From Nitrospirales bacterium (GTDB taxonomy: Bacteria; Nitrospirota; Nitrospiria; Nitrospirales; UBA8639), in NCBI GenBank assembly GCA_965203295.1, contig CBDBCZ010000017.1, positions 2,016,001 to 2,080,000 on the forward strand: a DNA stretch of 64,000 bases. The letters run 5' to 3'. Numbering within the stretch: position 1 is the first letter of the stretch; each line of letters starts with the position of its first letter. This document shows, piece after piece, positions 10,873 to 22,719 of this stretch. The translations under genes were made by a program, and so were the position numbers. The notes beneath the pieces are model-generated. The model was not told where the DNA came from and ran no database searches. It saw only the letters and a list, made by a program, of their open reading frames with translations.

Positions 10873-13800
10873 CTACTGTGGAGACTGCACTAAAATCAGT
10901 GGTGGTGATCCAAGTTTCCAAACGGAATATGGAAATCCAGAATGCTTCTTTTGATCTCTGAAATCAGTCCACTCTTTCACTGTAGTTGCAGCTCCAGCAT
11001 TTCCCTAGCAATGAAGCGACACATAGCTAATACTAAAAACTTCACTGGCTTAAACAAAGGATACAGTTAATCAATTGCAGATTCTAATTTGCATGGCTCA
11101 ACAGTGGCTGACCCAGGACTGCTTCAATGGGGGGGGGGGGGGGGGGGGGCTACTGTTGTGGGAGTCGGGTTTAGGAATTTTGGGGGGAATTTATATTGAA
11201 TATTGAAACATCACAACCCAAACAGTAGTCAGCTATCAAACTAGTATCTAAGCACTTGCATAACTTTTGCCACTGAATTTCTCACTTCAAAGTTCAAAGT
11301 TTAATACTATTATGATTAGTGATTTGACTATACCTCCTTACAATGTCATGGTAATTTCCACTAATGTAAAAGGACTGTAATTAGGTGGAGGCAATCTACA
11401 AGTGTGACAATAATTACACATGTACACCAATAACAAAAATACTTCAGGAAGGGGGGGGGGGGGGTGGCTAGCCAGGTATATGAAGGAGGTATCATCTGCA
11501 AAGCTAGACAGACAAAAACAAGATCATTTTGGTGATAAATTCGTGAGGAAACATTATAAGAGTATTTTCTTACTGGCAAAAATAACTTGGACGGGTAATC
11601 AAAACTCCTGTGTTCTATAATACTTGTACTTTTCTAGCTATTTTGCATATCAGCTCCGTTCCCTCTTACTAATATACTCATGCTGCTGCCTAACTGTGTT
11701 CCAGTTATTTTTTTTGTAACACTAAAACTCCAGACTAACTAACAGACAGAGACTAATGCAGTCCAAAAAGACGGCTTAAATACTCCAGATTGCCTAACTG
11801 TGTTCCTGTTATTTTTTTCCTGTTATTATTATTTTTTTTGGGGGAGGGGGGGTGGGGGGGGGGGGGGGGGGGGGGGAAGAAACAATACGTACATTAGTGT
11901 GGTTGTGTGGGGTACATGAGTAATATGCATGTGTGGTAATGATCAAGTCATTTTTTACACGTTATATGTGGTGGCCATCTTCCCCCCGTGCCATCCCTAA
12001 TATGGATTTCATACTCTATGCATATGCATGCATGCTTGAAACACACCTAATGAAGGCCCAGCTTGAGCAACAGAAGCTTTAAAAAGGAAGCAGTAGGATC
12101 TTGGGTGCGGTACTCACAAACTTAACCACTATACCAATTTGTTTGCTTTCTCAGCGTTGTTCGGGATGTATAGCTGGCTAAAGCTTTGCAGTTTTAACCA
12201 CTTCATTACAGGAGTGGCTGTTTTGTCTATAGGATTTTGTCTACTTATAATATTAAACAGTCACTGACCACAGAGCCATTTTTTTTCGAGTTACCACTAC
12301 TGTACGCACAATTAATGTACGTAGCTACTATTGTTGCCATGTTAATGTTACTAAGGCTAGGGAGTAGACAACAAACAGCTCAGGCTGAAGCCATTAATGT
12401 ACCATAATCCCTGACCCACAAAAGTGCATGTTTCAAATCAAAAATGTCATGTTTTCCAACAGATTTCTAAACTGTGGCCTGCTCACAAATAGTGTGATAA
12501 AAGTATAATGCTTGATATCCAAACATTCGACATGAATGTAGAGGAATAATAGCAAGTGTACTTGATACTTCTGCTGTAGTATCACTTGGCATTGTAATAA
12601 GATTCATTTACATAACTGCATACATTCTTACAGGCAATAGCAATCATTTACCTTGATATCCAAAGCAATCACTGCAACTTCAAACCAACACTCATGACGT
12701 TCTTTCATTTCTGTAATGACAGCCTCACAGGCTTCTTGCGGAGATCTGCCATCTTTCATCAGCTGCACAATCTTGAAGCTCGGACAGAACTTCATTATTT
12801 TTTCCCCATCTCCTGTTGCTAATGAAGTAGAATATAAATTTAGAATTAAAAACTCTAATTATTCCTTGCCAAGTCCTTGACTCAAAGGTGAGTGGAATTT
12901 TAGTCTTATTAATACAGTAAAAGTCTGAGAAGGATATTACAACCTGCATTCATTATACAAACTGTGATTCCACTTTTTGGCTTACATTCATCGTTAAAAT
13001 CTTGGCCTAACAGGCTAAGATGATGTTTCAAAATATTTTATTAGCTTCTCATAATTATATGATTAGAAAACTCACCAACAACAATGAACCTTATTTCAGA
13101 ATTGTGAAAATAGTCATAAAAAGTGGGAGGCAAAATATCATACATACCTGCTGCAGCTCCGGTCTATTCGATGCAAGACACACGTACATGTATTGTGGGA
13201 AGAATAAAATATGAATAAAGCACAGTAGAACCTCTATTATGTATATGGGCATTCTATGTACAAGGACAGCTATCTCCCCAAAGCTGGTCGCCTTTGTTAC
13301 CTTTGAATTCGTGAGATACATGACACTACAGGAGTCTATTAAGTGAAAAGTCTGTTTCCACTTACAGTATAGCAATTCCATTTCTGTCAAAAGAATCATG
13401 ACTTTACCAAGATACGTGTAAGTTTTGCCGCATCGCAGTGAACGTACTGATGTTGCAAGGTGTACTCTCATGGGGCCAGATCATTCGCAATGGCCCACAA
13501 GGCTATGCATAACAAGTCTCACCGGCCTGTGAGACTAATGCAGGGTCACTGACTTTGTATCATGCAAGTAACCTTGCTACTGGTGTTCGACAAAGGCGAA
13601 ACAGGAAGCAATCTCGGATGATCTTCATTCTCTATGAACCAAGCAGGTTTCTCCAGTGACTCGGGTTTTAATGCATAAAGCTTGGGGTCAAGGATGCAAA
13701 AAGGCAATGGAGCTGCTACTTGAATATGGAATGAGCTAGCTGGCACATGCGTACATGCCTGCAGTTAGGGAGTGATGCATCTTGAGCAACTTCTGCTAAG

Positions 13801-16800
13801 TCAATTTTACTACTGTAACATGTATGCATTGTTTTATGCTGAGTCTTGCTTCCTTGCGTTAGTCTGGTGAGTCACTTATTCTGCTGTGGTGTGCTTCTGA
13901 CTGTGTAATCTGTGCATCAAGTCAGTATCAGGATCAGATAATATGTTGGTACTGCTGGGCTGGCTGTTTTCTCCTCTCCAGTTCTCCTCTATTTGTAGAG
14001 GGTTCTTCCCATAGACATGTTGGTCATGTGTCCTATAATAAATCTACTTTTAGTTGGTTTATATAAATACTATATTTCAAGTACACATTATGGTCATATT
14101 CCAACAAAAGGGAGGTTTGAGGTGGTCACAAATTCAGAAGAAACAAAAATCTTCCAAACTTGGAAAATTTGGCTTATTTTAGCTATAACAAACAAATGCA
14201 AATCAGAAATGCAAGGATTTTGTCTTCCATTTCTGGAAGCAATTGACGTTATTGGTCATCCAATTTTTGAACATATTAAACTGATGCAGTCTTGCAATAT
14301 TGTAAGATTACAGTCATCCAGTTTTGGAAAATTGTTTAAACTGATACTGCCTTCGGGAAGAATTAAGTAATCCAGTTTTGGAAGATTGTATAAATTAAAA
14401 CTGATATATGGTCTTTCATTATGGTCTTCCAAAGCAACACTCATAGCTCTTTCAAAGTGGTGGACCTTGCAAAGGTCTTCCAATAACAGACGGCTGTATC
14501 TGTTTATTTAGTTTAGTGTCTTACACATGAACTATTCTGCTTCCATTGTCACTATACCTTTCCATCAGCATACAAACCACACCCTGGTAAAGGAGAGTCT
14601 CCTACTCGGCCAGGAAGCTTGAACGGTGGACCAGAGGTAGATACTCCAGCAGCAATGTCACCTTGTTTGTCCACACAAAGCATTGCTGCAAACAAGCACC
14701 ATACATAGTACATTAAGATAGGAGTATATACCTTCAGGGCAATAGCTATACAATACCTCTAGCTATAACATCGAGTTTGTTCTCTGTTGCTTTGATATGA
14801 GGGAGAGTTACACGCTTTTCTGCTATGTATGTGGCCAGCAAGAAGTTACGCAGTGCATACTCAAATTGCACCTGACTCCATTCGATTTCCTGCGCATGGG
14901 CAAGATGGAGAGCTCATGGGTATGAGAAATGTGATATGGCTGAGGAGAGGGTCAGAGGGATCAAAACGTAATATTATTACGATTCTTGGGTTTCTTCACT
15001 TTCAGTTTATGTGAGGAGTATGATATGGCCAAAAGATTTTCATGTCCCATCCTGCACCTTCTAGCTGCATCCCTGCTGTGCGTACATCCATTTTGAGCAA
15101 ACAGTGTTTATCACATGTACAGTTCACAATCTTTTGATACTATACTGCACTGATGAGGCCGAAATAACCATTTGCAGTTTGCATCAGTAGTACATCTTTC
15201 CACTTTTCATGAAAACCAGGTTTCCCAGTCAATAAATCAACTGAGCAGCAGAGTACATGTATGTGCACAGACTGAACATATTAGGAGTCAAAGTGAGTTA
15301 AAATAATCGTTTGGAGAGTAGTTTCCATTCACCATAGCATTACCCTATTCATGAAAATTAATGCTAACTTTGTTCTTTATGTTGTTTAATCAGACATCCT
15401 TACATCTACACAATTGCTCTTATCTCTAAAGTCTTCTCAATTATGACATTCTGCTAAGATTCGGAGCAGTCAGATTGTACAACACACAAGACGGCAAGTT
15501 TGCAGCCAACCAGTTACCTTAAGGTCACTATTACTTGAGGTGATAAAATTTAGCGGATTGGTCATAAATAGTGAACTTAAAGGGTATTAATTTTAGCGCC
15601 ATGTCATGCTACTATGCGTAAATACAACTACGCAGTTGGTACAAGTGCACACTGTATTGCATAGATGTGCATAAATAAGTTAGCACTGTATACATGTCGA
15701 GCGTATACGCGCGTAAATAAGTGCGTATATGAAAAAAGTATGCGCAGACGTTAACTGAGGTGTGCATAGCTAGCTCACGCACGAGTAATAATTTTTGCGG
15801 ATACAAAGTTTAGCGAATTTTTCAAAACCGCTAATTTGTGCTAAAATTAGTACCCAGCCACCTTAAGGTATACGGTCCCAATTATAGCCACAGACTATTT
15901 GTCACTACTGCAGCCTGAAACTTACATAGAGTATCATGGCCTGTAGGTTGAGGGTGCACATTGCTCGATTTATATTCCTGTAATAGAAAACAGAAAAAGA
16001 TTTATCAAAATGTTTTGTCAATGCCAAAAATAAAATTAACCTGAAAAGCTCTTTTGGTTCCTTCAGAAAGAAGGGCTGCATTATCTTCCAAATGGAAGCC
16101 TTGCTGCTGTGCAAATTCTGTTGCTCCAGTTCCAACAACCATTGTAAGTGAAGGATGCTCCATGACTCTTCTTGCTACTGAAATTGGCTTGGGGTACCTA
16201 TCAGTGAATCAGTCACAAAGGAATAATATTATGATATCAACAAACACCATTACATAACAGTGTGAATATAATCGTGTATGCAATTCCTAAAGTCCTCAAA
16301 CGAGGTTGGGGATACAATATGACAGCGCACTACTATTAGGGATTCCTACAACAGTTTATTTGTGCTACATGTAGTTGCCTCTTTATATATGCACTTGTGT
16401 TATATGATACAGTTTACATTTTGTTACGGATGAGAGGGTACGCTTTTAGGAAGTGCAATCTCTAAAACTGTTCTATAGCCATTTGTGCTCGTTAAGCTTT
16501 GTAGCATATGGGTCTGTAACAGTTTACATGTATACTAATAATATTTACGTACACGTATATTGAGTGTATGTTGTCCTTTCATAACTAGAAAAGACAAGGG
16601 TGGTAATAATGCACTGCTGCAATAGATTTATTGCTATTTGCTTCAAAAATGGTATTGTGGAGGTGAACACATGTATTTCAATATACGTACTACTGCATGG
16701 CAACATAATAGTGTAGTGATAGGGAAACAGATCTGTGGGAGAAATTTTTGAATAGAGATGGCAATCCATAACAATAATACACTCATGTTATTGCTGTAGT

Positions 16801-19800
16801 GCTTATGCCGTTGACTGTGCACCCACATACGCAGTTGTAAGATCTCCAGTCAGAGGACAAGAGCAGATGTTTTCACCATTTAAGTATGCACCTATCCCTC
16901 CTGCTGTTAAAGATTCTAAACCCCATATCCCGCTTTACTGCTTTGTTGCACATTGTAGAAGAGCAGCACATTATAGTATGTTTAGCTGCCCCTAGCTGAA
17001 TAGATTCCAAGGAAGCTGTCTGCCATTTATTACAAGCCCACACTTCCCTACCATATTCTAAAGTAGGGTGAAGTACCAAAACTAACAACAACTCGCAACT
17101 GTACTGCTATTCCTATTACTAAAAAACCTATGTAATTGATTTAGTTTATTATCTTCTGTACATGACTATCTCATGAACCATTATTAGCAAATTCAATGCT
17201 CATGCAAGCAACAGTAACTTGCAACCCTTGGAATGCTTTTATCTCCCCACTTCCATGTACATGTATCTGTATCAACTATCAACCTTTTTAGAAAATACCA
17301 TAACAGCACTCTTTTTGATGTTAGATTTCAACCTCCATATTAATATAAAACTCCTGTACTACGTACATTAATCAACGTTTGTATGTCCTCAGCATTTGTA
17401 GTTAAAGTTTACATAATCACCACCAAACATTAGACCCCCAGCCTTAAATTAACAGTAATGCCAATCCCAGCCTTCTCAACCTCATCTAACAACTGATTGA
17501 TAAAAATGATAGGCGACATACTACAACCCTGTGCCAGCCCCTGACCTATATTGAATGGCTTGGTTCCTCCAGTATAACAGCGCTCCATGTAATGTCATAC
17601 ATCACCACCAAACATTAGACCCCCAGCCTTAAATTAACAGTAATGCCAATCCCAGCCTTCTCAACCTCATCTAACAACTGATTGATAAAAATGATAGGCG
17701 ACATACTACAACCCTGTGCCAGCCCCTGACCTATATTGAATGGCTTGGTTCCTCCAGTATAACAGCGCTCCATGTAATGTCATACATATTCTTAATAATT
17801 ATCTCTCCACATCCTACCCCTAACCCCAAGTCTCCATAGCTTAAACCATAAGCCATGCCAAACTGTATCAAATGCTTTCTGAACCATCTGAGAAGAAAGC
17901 ATAAGTGTGTTTTCTTCCCTCGTTCTACCTCATATAATTTCATTTAGAGTAAAGACGTCATCAACACAACTCTTTTTCTCTGTAAATCCTGCCTGACCCT
18001 CATGACGAGCCCTTGCTGATGCTAATCTGATTACTAAGCAATTATTAAGAATTTTACAAAACAGCTTCTCTATCACATTAAAGCCTCTGCAATTACCTGG
18101 GTCCTCAGTATCACCTTTCTTTTAGCTAAGAAATAATTTCCTCTAGCTGTCCAAATTATTTCATATATAAGATTTTCAAAAGATTAGCCATTCCTTCGCC
18201 ACCGTACTTAAGAAGTTCCATCATTACCTCCTGTTTCAGATTTTTAGAACACTCAGCAAAACTAATTAGTCCCCTATCCAAAGCCTTATCCTGTAAACTA
18301 GCCATTCCACTACACTCTGTCACTTTCTTCTCTGTATGCTCTTTCCAGCTACTATCAAACTGATGCTGTATACCCAACCTTTCCCAATGCTCACATAATT
18401 ATTACTTCCAACTTTCCCTTAGTACTGGCTACGCATGAACCTGAAGTACTCCTCACAGATATGATACCTTTAGACTACCCTTCGCAGTCTTGCCAACAAG
18501 TGCCCAAAACTCTTTCCTAACACTTTAATGCTGTCATCCCAAACTGCGGACTTGCATTCCTACCTACATAAAAAGATTTCCTGGCCAAAATTCACAATGC
18601 TAAGTACGGCTGAGATGATCACTTTCCAAGAGTCAATGCACTGTGTATATAGGAGATCATGCTGTGCATAGATATTTAGCAAAGAGTACTCTAATACCCT
18701 TCAACTATTACAGTTCTCTTACATTAGGCTTCCATGTAGGTTCTGCCAATGCTGACTTGACTATACTTCCCTGCTCCTTGCAGTGAAAAAAAAACGCTTC
18801 CGACTTCTCCTCGATTCAAAGATGAACAACAAAGAACACAATACTCTCGTGTGCAAGGTCTCAAATGGAAAACGTGCTCTACTGATCAAAGAGCATGCAC
18901 GTGCAAAGAACTACATTATCTTATGAATGTCATGTGCTCAACTTAAGAGTTCTAGTGAATCACTGCCACACTCCAATTTCGTTTGAAAACACTGTAGTAC
19001 GTATGAGCACAATACCAAACAGAAAATGCAGCCATTTCTTCAATGCCACCCCTACATATGGAGTACTATCACTATATTCAATGACAGTCCTTACCCTTCC
19101 AATGCAGCAATGCTGCCAAAGGCACGGTCACTTCCACGCATGAGGGCAGCATCAAGTTGCACTATTCCATTGCTGTTAGGATAGCACCCTCTGCCAACAT
19201 AATATGGTCCTGTGCTAGGATCATCCTCTACTTCTGTGTGTAAAGGATATATGTACATTATCATACACGTGTTGTTATATACCAAATATATAGGCAGCCA
19301 AATGCCAAAAAAGCATTGGTGCTGCCAAGGGCATAGCAACTACATCAGATGGATTAAGTTTCACATCTCAGTTTCACATTACTACTGCCAAGTGCATGCA
19401 GTGAGGCCAATGAAAGCAGTGTTTGTGTGTTGTGCATGTTTCATGCTCAGGACTGGAATTACAGTATGTGGTGTGTGTAATATGGCTATATTACTACATC
19501 ATTATTGAGCAAGTGAAACCGGCTGCTTCTGGATAAGTAGGATAGGTTGCTTGAGCTAATGAATGGAAACTGCACAAGACAAACATAACACTCTGCTGGT
19601 TGGATACTGCAATGCTGCTGTGTAACATAAGCAACTGTTTACAGAAGCTTTTGTTTGTTTGCAACCATTCTAAAATGCGTAGTACTGTTTTAAGCATCTT
19701 TTTCACTGTTGTCAAAAAGTTCACTTGAAAACATTAGCATAGATTGCCAAACTGAACCATGCAGATTTTTTAACATATGGTCATATGTACTTGGGCATTC

Positions 19801-22439
19801 AAAATTAAAATTAATAAGAGCAGACAAGTATCTTTTATATTCTAAGGAAGCTGTCTGTTTTTCATTACTAGCCAATACTTCACTACTATAATATATAACA
19901 TCCTGAAGCTGTAGTGAAACTAACAATAACCTCCAAGCAACTGTACTTACTGGTTCATTTTAAAATCTGTACAAGCCATTTTTATTTTTAATTGAAAGGC
20001 AGGAGGACTATATACGTAGGTGCAAACTTAAGTGGTGGTATGAAGTCAATAAATTTGGATGACTAGACAGTGAATGGGAAGTGAAACTGTGGAGAGGTAG
20101 GCAGAGGAAGACCTGGTCTAATGTTGTGCTGCTACTAATGCTGAGTACCGCTAACTTGAAAGGTAATGTATAGAAGGTAAGACTCTAACCCCATATCCCC
20201 CCTTACTGCTTCCTTACTCGTTTTAGAAGAGCAGCCAAGTATCTTTCTAGCTGCTGAATAGATTCCAAGGAAGCTGTCTGCCATTTATTACAAGCCCACA
20301 CTTCCCTACCGTGTATTCTATAGTAGGGCGAAGTACCGAAACTAATAACCTTCTTGTAACTGTACTTCTATTCCTATTACTTAAAAACTTATGTAATTGA
20401 TTAATTGTTTCTTTCCACTATTCATTACCTTTGTACATGACTATCCCATGAACCATTCTTAGCAAATTCAAAGACCACGTAACTTGCAACCCTTGGAATG
20501 TCTTTATACATGTATATGTACCTTTATTAACCTCTTTAGAAAATACAATAACAGCATTTTAATGTAATACATCAATCAATTATATGCATGCCATTACAGT
20601 GCTGTTTTACTTAATGAAGGGAGAACTATCCAACCCATTCATTATAGGTTGGGGGTGGCAGGTGGCACAGGGTTGTAGTATGTCGCCTATCCTTTTTCCC
20701 ATGTTTAATAATCAGTTGTTAGATGAGGTTGAGAAAGCTGGGATTAGCAGTACTGTTAATTAAGCATGATGTTAAGGTTGGGGGGAGGAAAGTAGTTAGT
20801 GAATTGTTGCTACTAGACAGTCAGTAAATATTAGCTAACAATTACAATGTAAATTTGTTCTTAGAGAGAGTAGATGAAGCGTTTGAAATATAAAAGAATA
20901 TAAAGACTTTAATGATGACTTAAATAGTAAACTTAAACCGAAGTATTTTTGTGAGGGAATAGATTACTTGCAGGGGGTTGGGGATACAGGAACACAATTG
21001 ATGTTTTAAGTTTAGGTCGGGCACTAATGGTCTGAATGAAGACAGCGACATGAGTATATTATTATTATTATTATCAAGTTAAAAGTATATATCCTACATG
21101 ATACACAAAGAAAACATTGATGATAGCACCTCTTACACATGCACGAAGGGGCACATAACCCTAGCACTAGCCTTGAGTATACCTAGGGATATAAGCGTGG
21201 GGATACGAGCTCATAAAGGGAGGAGGGATAGGAGCAAACAATAATTTGGATGATGAGACATAGTGACTTGAAAGAAAGTACGTTCATGTACTTAATGACT
21301 TAATTGTGCTGCCTTAAAATATAGAGAGGCAAGAGTGAAGGTTACAATATGAATTCGTTCATAGATATACGTAGTGCATTGAGGAATACAAAACCTTTCA
21401 CGATGGCTCAAATATAGTTCAGTTCAAATAAGGCTGTACAAATCATTTTGAAAGGAAATAGAATTTAAGAATAATTGCAGGGGGTAGGGTATAAGGATAC
21501 ATAATTGGTGTTTGAATTTATGTTAGGTACTATTGAAGCGTTAGGAATAGAAAGGCAAAGAGGTAAAATGTAATGATGATAGGTATGAAGGGAAGAATGT
21601 GAAGAGTGGTACATGTCCTGTATACGATAGAATTAAAATGGGAGAATTAGATAACCTGCCGGGGGGTAGTTTAGTATCAAAGCTCTATAGGAAGCCTCTT
21701 TTAAGGGTATCTTTGAGGAAAACTTATCCCCATTGGTAAACTACGCATGTGCTGCTGTTTAGGTTCTTGTATGGTGTTCTTGGTATGATCAGATAACTAT
21801 TATACACATGCATTGTAACTTTCACTGCACTTTCAATTTAACAAAAAAACAACACAAGAGTTCAGGTATTCCCTGGGTGCTGATTAGGGCTTGCAGGGGT
21901 AGATCTAGAGTCCAGTTCTTAGCTATAATCACACAGCTAGGTCTATGCATGCACATGATTGGGTACTTGGAGAAATTTCAATCATCCAAACTTTGGAACA
22001 ACGATCATGGCTCAAAGTTAGCCTCGTTCCCAGGCTCTAATTCCCAGCTTTTTTTCGCACGTAGCTTATTTTACAATGTGCAAAACAAAGCTGGGAACTA
22101 GAGCCTGGGAACGAGGCTAACTCAAAAGTACCATACATTGTTAAATTTGTTTGGGGGGGCCCAATATCCTTAGGGATTCACATGGGGAGAACTCCCTGGG
22201 GTTAAAGGTGTGTGTATGACTGTTGATCTACACTACACTTAGTATCAACAGAACTCAATGTACTATTTCACTTGTAGTCTCGCGGGCCAGACTACCATGA
22301 CTAAATCAGTTTGCCATCCAGGCATCCTACCATTAATCCCTTTCTCCAATGCATCGATACAGCTGGCTCCACCCGTTAATTCGTCAGCAGCTATCTGCAC
22401 TGCTTGCAAACTAAAGGTCCACGTAGCTACGCACGCCAT
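10873..22439 (-). CDS. Glycosylasparaginase / type-2 asparaginase family Ntn-hydrolase (AGA-like), ~299 aa. Exons (5'->3'): 22439-22331, 19233-19095, 16197-16041, 15977-15926, 14685-14558, 13163-13148, 12818-12652, 11004-10873
   Basis: All introns are GT-AG, phases match and the exons total 900 nt. Protein: [165 protein letters not shown]. The autocleavage HD/T, STSG, RVGDSP and ATGDG motifs are intact. Confidence 0.9.
15144..15178 (+). ncRNA. Decayed minimal type I hammerhead-ribozyme-like motif
   Basis: ACTGCA-CTGATGA-GGCC-GAAA-(N8)-TGCAGT: core boxes and stem I are present, but stems II/III and the cleavage triplet are degenerate. Confidence 0.35.
15517..15868. mobile_element. TA-flanked MITE (Tc1/mariner-type) with CCTTAAGG ends
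   Basis: TA|CCTTAAGGT...ACCTTAAGG|TA with TTTAGCG/CGCTAA-type subterminal words. Confidence 0.65.
16870..18560 (-). mobile_element. Decayed non-LTR retrotransposon (LINE) RT region
   Basis: Frameshifted minus-strand peptides [34 protein letters not shown] and [30 protein letters not shown] are typical LINE RT and post-RT motifs. Confidence 0.8.
17416..17785. repeat. Perfect 185-bp tandem duplication inside the LINE relic
   Basis: 17416-17600 is repeated at 17601-17785 with no visible mismatch. Confidence 0.9.
19830..21050. mobile_element. Scrambled fragments of the same LINE family in both orientations
   Basis: 20190-20560 matches 16915-17320 (- strand). 20655-20790 (GGCACAGGGTTGTAGTATGTCGCCTATC..AATCAGTTGTTAGATGAGGTTGAGAA) is the reverse complement of the RT segment at 17460-17540. 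Confidence 0.75.
21056..21700 (-). mobile_element. Possible 3' end of another LINE with a (TAA)n tail
   Basis: (ATT)n run at ~21058-21075 followed by compositionally biased, degenerate sequence; no motif firmly read. Confidence 0.35.
22019..22119. mobile_element. TAGCCTCGTTCCCAGGC-type palindromic micro-MITE
   Basis: TAGCCTCGTTCCCAGGCTCTA..TAGAGCCTGGGAACGAGGCTA; flanks GCTCAAAGT / ACTCAAAAGT look like a decayed ~9-bp TSD. Relatives at 22844-22913 and 31556-31619. Confidence 0.8.
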
Positions 22440-22719
22440 TTTGGTACGAGCACAGCCTAGTCTCAGACTCTCGAGCGACGGGAAAGTTGTAAGATTGAGG
22501 GTGTGTACGCCTACAGTTCTTTAAATTTTAGGTGGAGGACAGCTTGCAGCTTTCTTCTTCATCATTACTGTTTGCTTTACAGCTTAACAGTCAAAGTACG
22601 TAGCTGTGGAAATCTGCCATCTGAGCACCAATTTTTACTCTATCGACAGTCCCTCGTCAAATTTTTCATAAGGTGAGCGATAAATCGAATCGTATTACAG
22701 CCAAACAGTCGAGAAAAAC
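22440..22719. promoter_or_regulatory. Bidirectional promoter / 5' UTR region between the AGA-like gene and PQBP1
   Basis: Divergent ATGs at 22439 (-) and 22720 (+). A YY1-like CAAAATGGCG overlaps the minus-strand ATG, and the region is locally CpG-rich. Confidence 0.7.

Noticed and set aside
11128..11876. Long G runs as functional G-quadruplexes
   Set aside because: They are simple homopolymers in repeat-derived intron sequence, prone to length errors, with no evidence of function.
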